A stretch of 47,247 nt of DNA from positions 1-47,247 of IMG/VR virus record IMGVR_UViG_3300034025_000072; one strand, written 5' to 3'. Shown here piece by piece: positions 43,148-47,247 of the stretch. Position 1 is the stretch's first letter. Each line of letters starts with the position of its first letter. Source of the stretch: a virus. The position numbers and the translations under genes were made by a program. The notes beneath the pieces were generated by a model, which was not told the DNA's origin, ran no database searches, and worked only from the letters and a program-made list of their open reading frames with translations.

Positions 43148-44535
43148 AGAGGAGTCTCCACAAAAACTAGATTGCCATCAGAGGTGTAGATAAGCTGCGG
43201 TGGAATCCCACCATCAACCATTGGAATCAGCGAAGTCTTGGGCGTGGTTTGAAGCTGGGCTACCGCGTACGCCAGTTGATCCATGAGTCCTGCGAGCCCG
43301 GCCGCTTTCTGCGCGGTTCTTTCGGCTGATTCAGCGCGCTCTTGGGCACGTGTAATGAGCTGCCGGAGTGCCCGATTGAGGGTTTCATTGTCCTCACGAG
43401 TCGTCTGCAATAACCCATCGAAGCCTCCATCTTTTTCCAGAGTCTTGAGCCGAGTCAGAATGTCCGGAATGTCATTGGTCCCGATGCCCTCAACCCTCTG
43501 GGAGAGCAGTTCGAGTCCTTCCATGACCTTGGTAAGCCCGGAAGTCAGCCCCGGCAAATCATACTCATTGAGCGATTCCTGAACGGTTTGTAGGTCCGCA
43601 AGAATCCCCTCAAACTCCGATCCCAGACGTGCTCGTAGCGACTCAAAGCTGGGTCCCTCTATGTCGATGTAAGCGCAACCAATATCAAGCTGATGTTGCA
43701 AGGCATGGACTCGGTTAACCGGCCCTCGCGCGCGCATGAGGATTCGACCTTGCCCCTTGGCTACAGTTTCAAAGCCAGTCCAAACTAGCTCGTCGTTGAC
43801 CTCCAGCTCGATGCCGGTTTCTAAAAGAATCGGAGCATGATTGGCACCTTGAGTCAGCACCCACCCGTACCATCCCGCGGGCGGAACCTTGTAGCTGCCA
43901 AGAATGCCAATGACCGAATCCGAGTCAGACTGGTCTAGGTCGTTTGTGACAACCCAGTCCACCTTCTGACTCGACTTTGGTCTCCCGACTGGACCATTTA
44001 ACCAGCCGGGAGTTCTGAATCTACCGAACTGCACGTACCTGGCCAGAATCAGGCCATGGTCATCGTGGTAGAATCGGCCTAAGCTGCCAAGCGTAAACTG
44101 GCGCTCTGGACCGACCTTTGTCAGTAGCTCCCAAGGGAACGTAGAGTCGCCCGCTTGAGTAGTGTTGTGTTGCTCGCGCTGAATCTCAACCTGCTCGCGC
44201 ATGAAGTCATAGAGTACGGGGTCAATGTCCTCAATTTCTTCGGGCAACGAGGGCCGGTAAGGATTCAATTCGCGGATTAAAACCTCTTGCCTTTGATTCA
44301 CAACAGGCTGGGGCGGGGCTGCTTCTTCGACGCTCATAAGGCACTGAACTTGAGCAAACGTCACACGAATCGGAAGCGTCTTATCCGACATTTGCAGCTG
44401 CACTTGTGCACGAGTCGCCCGAACCGGGTAGGACCTGTCAGAGAGCTGCAACTGCACTTGAGCGCGACTGACCCGCATTGGCGAGTCGGCGCTCAAAGCA
44501 ACATATGCCTGAAGTCGAGTGACCCGGTGAGTCAT
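43144..44535 (-). CDS. Tail-associated protein with four N-terminal 18-aa tandem repeats and a C-terminal coiled coil (463 aa)
   Basis: The start overlaps the upstream stop (TAATG). The repeats are HRVTRLQAYVALSADSP / MRVSRAQVQLQLSDRSYP / VRATRAQVQLQMSDKTLP / IRVTFAQVQCLMSVEEAAP. Confidence 0.6.
   Translation of the reverse strand: MTHRVTRLQAYVALSADSPMRVSRAQVQLQLSDRSYPVRATRAQVQLQMSDKTLPIRVTFAQVQCLMSVEEAAPPQPVVNQRQEVLIRELNPYRPSLPEEIEDIDPVLYDFMREQVEIQREQHNTTQAGDSTFPWELLTKVGPERQFTLGSLGRFYHDDHGLILARYVQFGRFRTPGWLNGPVGRPKSSQKVDWVVTNDLDQSDSDSVIGILGSYKVPPAGWYGWVLTQGANHAPILLETGIELEVNDELVWTGFETVAKGQGRILMRARGPVNRVHALQHQLDIGCAYIDIEGPSFESLRARLGSEFEGILADLQTVQESLNEYDLPGLTSGLTKVMEGLELLSQRVEGIGTNDIPDILTRLKTLEKDGGFDGLLQTTREDNETLNRALRQLITRAQERAESAERTAQKAAGLAGLMDQLAYAVAQLQTTPKTSLIPMVDGGIPPQLIYTSDGNLVFVETPL
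44310..44535 (-). repeat. Four tandem 54-bp coding repeats at the 5' end of the 463-aa gene
   Basis: The periodicity shows in both DNA (recurrent ...caagtgcag(c/t)tgca...) and protein (R..AQVQLQ.SD...P). Confidence 0.7.
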
Positions 44536-45614
44536 TACACGCCCGGCTCTTCCGGCATCACCAACTCATAGCCCATCTTCAGATTGTTGACTTTGGCCTT
44601 GGTCCAGGGACTCCCGTCTGGGGCCGTCAATGCCAGGGTACGATTCCACGTGTAATCTGTGGTTAGATTGTAGCCCGGCGTTGCAGCATCCAGCCCATCG
44701 AGGTTGAGCAGGTTACGAATCGTTCGCGTACCACTGTCCTCCTTGCGGGCCGCCGTGATTAGGCCAACCGCATGAATCGTCACGGGATTAACATCGACTT
44801 GAGTCATGTTGAACAAATCCCGTGCACCCTCAACCGCAGAGAAGTTGTAGGTAGCATCGTTATCCGTCGAGTCGTCGTCGATGTTACCAAAGTTGCTCGG
44901 GCCAGCCGATCTTTCAAAATCCACGTCAAAGTCCGAGACGGCTTCCAGCAGAAGAATACGTGATTCTCCGAGTCGAGTTGCTTGGTTGCTCATGCAATAC
45001 ATGTCGTCGTACTGCTGAATTCCCGAGTTGGCGATGACCGTCAAGCAGAATCGAGTGATGTTGCCATCCTCTTGCGACTTGGTATCGCCCACGAACTCGA
45101 ACTGTTGCTCGCCGTCTATATAGACTCGGATGTACCCGTTAGCATCTGCGATCAACAACTCGACCTCGATGTAATGCCAAGTGTTGGATGCCATGAGTCG
45201 AGGGCAAACACCCTTGACTTGCCCGGCATCATTCTTACCCAGACTCGCCTTGACCTCGCCGTACCCGGTGACGTTGAGCGAGAACAGCGTCTGCTCGGCG
45301 CTATTGTGGAGTCGAATGATGTCAGGCCCCGGATTTATGTTTGACCTTGAGCCCACGTTGGGGAGTCGGCAAGCGAATCCGAACGCCTTTTGGGCAGACG
45401 CCGGTACGATTCGCGCGCTACGACCTTCACCGAGCGAGTTAGGTGGGCCAAAGAGTTGGTAGGCTTTGCCGGGTGCGAATCGTCCGTCCACCAATCCTCG
45501 TGGCTGCTCTTCCTGCGAGCCAAAAGTAATCCACGTTGAGTGAACTCCGACTCCATTGGTGTTGAGACCATTGGGATAATAGTCGAATCCCTCAACGAAG
45601 TCGAACGTACCCAT
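44535..45614 (-). CDS. Virion structural protein, beta-sandwich-like (359 aa)
   Basis: The ATG directly abuts the upstream stop (TAAATG). It sits in the tail block. Function unknown. Confidence 0.55.
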   Translation of the reverse strand: MGTFDFVEGFDYYPNGLNTNGVGVHSTWITFGSQEEQPRGLVDGRFAPGKAYQLFGPPNSLGEGRSARIVPASAQKAFGFACRLPNVGSRSNINPGPDIIRLHNSAEQTLFSLNVTGYGEVKASLGKNDAGQVKGVCPRLMASNTWHYIEVELLIADANGYIRVYIDGEQQFEFVGDTKSQEDGNITRFCLTVIANSGIQQYDDMYCMSNQATRLGESRILLLEAVSDFDVDFERSAGPSNFGNIDDDSTDNDATYNFSAVEGARDLFNMTQVDVNPVTIHAVGLITAARKEDSGTRTIRNLLNLDGLDAATPGYNLTTDYTWNRTLALTAPDGSPWTKAKVNNLKMGYELVMPEEPGV

Positions 45615-45812
45615 TTATACCCCCATCAACCTACGATGCGCCCGCATTTGCCGCGCTACCTTGTCACTAACGATTCGCTCCGCAGTTGGTCTGTCAACCC
45701 GCTGCTTCCTCATTGTCATTTCGACCAGCATTTGATCGAGTCGAGCGTTGAGGCTTTCTACGCGTCGGGCTGACGTCGAAAAGCTCCGCGGGAATATCGA
45801 GCGAAGATTCAT
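45615..45812 (-). CDS. Small ORF (65 aa as drawn) whose C-terminal two thirds look coding. It may be the downstream frame of a frame-switching gene.
   Basis: Its stop abuts the next ATG. It overlaps ORF 45694..45990 by 119 nt in another frame. Its N-terminal third (MNLRSIFPRSFSTSA) looks non-native. Confidence 0.35.
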   Translation of the reverse strand: MNLRSIFPRSFSTSARRVESLNARLDQMLVEMTMRKQRVDRPTAERIVSDKVARQMRAHRRLMGV

Positions 45813-45990
45813 CTCGTTCTACCATCCTTATTTTGGTGAAGTACTGGATGATGTGAATCACCAGATCGCTGTACCGTTTTCTTTCCCGGACCTCTCGGAA
45901 CATCATAAAGATGAAGAGAATCCACCCGAGTCCGAAAATACCCCCCTCACCTACCAGCTTAGCTACAGATGCCGCACTGATTCCGTCCAT
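45694..45990 (-). CDS. Small membrane protein (98 aa as drawn; one transmembrane segment, GGIFGLGWILFIFMMF)
   Basis: The ATG lies 5 nt after the upstream stop. The N-terminal ~75 aa look native, and the remainder loses third-position GC by hand count. Confidence 0.45.
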   Translation of the reverse strand: MDGISAASVAKLVGEGGIFGLGWILFIFMMFREVRERKRYSDLVIHIIQYFTKIRMVERDESSLDIPAELFDVSPTRRKPQRSTRSNAGRNDNEEAAG

Positions 45991-45995
45991 CCCGT

Positions 45996-46688
45996 TCAGC
46001 CTCCAAGGGTCGGCAACTCGCTCAACCAGACTCCCTGACGCAGCTGCTGATACAGACTGTACGCGGTACGCTGGCGATCTTGGTCGCTGACTCGTTTGTA
46101 TATCTTGGCTCGCAGACCTTCAAGAAGGACGTCGGACCATCGCATAATCAGCCAATTGGTGCAAGCGAGTCGCGCCAACTCTCTAGCTTCTTCGGTGACG
46201 ACATCCGCCCGGTAGGTCCAACCCAACTCATCGTCGAAACTGGCCGGACGAATCGCCGGGGGATGATACTTGTGGCGGCGAGGGAACTCATGATATCCCA
46301 ATTGAATTCGAGACCCTGCTGCTCCGAAGCCACTGAAGGCATACGAGCCACCGACTGAATAATGGAAAAGATCGCCCACGCTGATTCCGCGGCCAGGCAC
46401 CTTTTCTTTCGACCAGTTGTCGCCGTCACTCCGATAAACATCGGGGTAGCGCACTGCACTGAGTCGTTGAAAGATAGCAGGGTTGGGAATATCCCACGTC
46501 GCCGACTCACTCAACGCGATGAACTGGAACTCCTTGAAGTTGCTCCGGTACAGCAGCGGCGCATTCAGATCAGGACGGAAGTGCATCTCCCGAATCGTCT
46601 GATTGGCGTAAGTGACGATCTCCGCCAGCATATCAGGGCGCTTGCACTCCTGAATCGCCGCATCGATCAACTGGCTGAACGTAGTCAT
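45996..46688 (-). CDS. Putative head-to-tail adaptor / gatekeeper-type protein (230 aa)
   Basis: ATG at 46688 with RBS ggaaggg. It is the second gene downstream of the capsid gene. The call rests on position only. Confidence 0.35.
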   Translation of the reverse strand: MTTFSQLIDAAIQECKRPDMLAEIVTYANQTIREMHFRPDLNAPLLYRSNFKEFQFIALSESATWDIPNPAIFQRLSAVRYPDVYRSDGDNWSKEKVPGRGISVGDLFHYSVGGSYAFSGFGAAGSRIQLGYHEFPRRHKYHPPAIRPASFDDELGWTYRADVVTEEARELARLACTNWLIMRWSDVLLEGLRAKIYKRVSDQDRQRTAYSLYQQLRQGVWLSELPTLGG

Positions 46689-46711
46689 TCCCAACCCTTC
46701 CGTCGAGTCGA

Positions 46712-47247
46712 TTACTGCTGCTTGACTTCGACGGCGTCGTTGTTGTCGCCCTGAGTCTTGGCGTGACCGATATCCTTGTCGCCGACCAGCCGGGCCTCGC
46801 CGATGGTCATGGACTGCCGACCTACCGAGGAATCGGTGGCGCCGGTGATGCTCGGCTCGGGGACGCGAACCAGCAGCTCGGCTGCCTTGACATCGATCTT
46901 CTTGATCTTCGACTTCTCGCCCGCCGGGAGTCGATCGAGCATCTTCTCGAACTCCTCGACCTCATCGCCTTCAAGCGACAGAATCGAGTTGGCGAACTGG
47001 AAGCGGCCCAGTTTGAATCGCGAGATCGGGTGCGACGAGAAGATGGTCTTGCCACCATTCAGCGACTCGCCCGTGACGATCTTGGCCGGCGCGACGGAGA
47101 GGGGCTCGGTCGCATTGGGCGAATTCGGGCGAATCTCGTTGTCGAGCGGCTTGAGCGAGTCGGCGTCGGTCGAGGTCATGTTCACGCCACCCTGCTCCGA
47201 CTGGATACGAGTCTCGGCCGGGGGCGTACCATCCACGTTCTGATTGT
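46712..47247 (-). CDS. 3' portion of the junction-spanning gene, truncated by the linear window end. Its 5' end continues at 128..164.
   Basis: The reading frame is open to the window edge. The stop is at 46712-46714. Joining through the 127-bp overlap gives one 190-aa ORF with a good RBS at 165-180. Confidence 0.65.
   Translation of the reverse strand, partial: NQNVDGTPPAETRIQSEQGGVNMTSTDADSLKPLDNEIRPNSPNATEPLSVAPAKIVTGESLNGGKTIFSSHPISRFKLGRFQFANSILSLEGDEVEEFEKMLDRLPAGEKSKIKKIDVKAAELLVRVPEPSITGATDSSVGRQSMTIGEARLVGDKDIGHAKTQGDNNDAVEVKQQ
47121..47247. repeat. Right copy of the 127-bp terminal overlap (identical to 1..127)
   Basis: Read directly; exact identity over 127 nt. Confidence 0.95.

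Noticed and set aside
42754-44535. A diversity-generating retroelement acting on the repeat-bearing tail fibre genes.
   Set aside because: No reverse transcriptase ORF (no YxDD-type motif) and no template/variable repeat pair were found. The repeats are in-gene tandem units.
1-47247. A DNA methyltransferase gene that would account for the GANTC enrichment.
   Set aside because: I scanned the translations for DPPY/NPPY and for an FxGxG-type SAM-binding motif and found none. Absence by eye is not proof, so the question is kept open in the findings.
1-47247. A temperate lifestyle or mobile-element module (integrase, repressor, excisionase, transposase).
   Set aside because: I recognised no tyrosine or serine recombinase or transposase-like ORF. 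The genome organisation looks strictly lytic.

Overview
The window is one complete, GC-rich, short-tailed (podovirus-like) dsDNA phage genome. Bases 1-127 are identical to 47121-47247, so the unique length is 47120 bp. An ORF reads straight through the junction, which fits assembly closure of a circular or permuted molecule. The genome has three transcription blocks. (a) A rightward early/replication arm at 10132-28763 encodes an SF1 RecD/Dda-like helicase, a MazG-like NTP pyrophosphatase, an M15 endolysin, a Cas4-like PD-(D/E)XK nuclease, a Sak4/AAA_24-like ATPase, a DUF669-like protein, a family A DNA polymerase with a degenerate UDG-like N-terminal domain, a dNMP kinase-like protein, a DUF3987-like ATPase, an endonuclease VII and a DEDDh exonuclease. 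(b) A small leftward unit at 9369-7990 ends in a strong terminator. (c) One long leftward late operon starts at 7324 and crosses the junction to 28818. It encodes putative small terminase, large terminase, portal, scaffold, major capsid, tail and fibre proteins, and three internal virion proteins, including an SLT-domain protein (1016 aa) and a giant protein (1819 aa). I found no tRNA, CRISPR array, integrase, phage RNA polymerase, primase or DNA methyltransferase. The strongest anomaly is a genome-wide excess of the palindrome GANTC, about one site per 50 nt by hand count against about one per 256 nt expected. It occurs in coding and non-coding DNA on both arms, with no phage methylase visible. 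Other points of interest: a hydrophobic-basic peptide motif (LAFLxKK-like) recurs at the proline-tethered C-termini of several replication proteins; a 52-aa hyper-acidic ORF is bracketed by hairpins; three translationally coupled micro-ORFs encode single-pass membrane peptides; there are two unusually long non-coding regions; and there is an apparent frame switch in a small membrane-protein gene of the late operon. All family assignments come from motif recognition by eye, not database searches.
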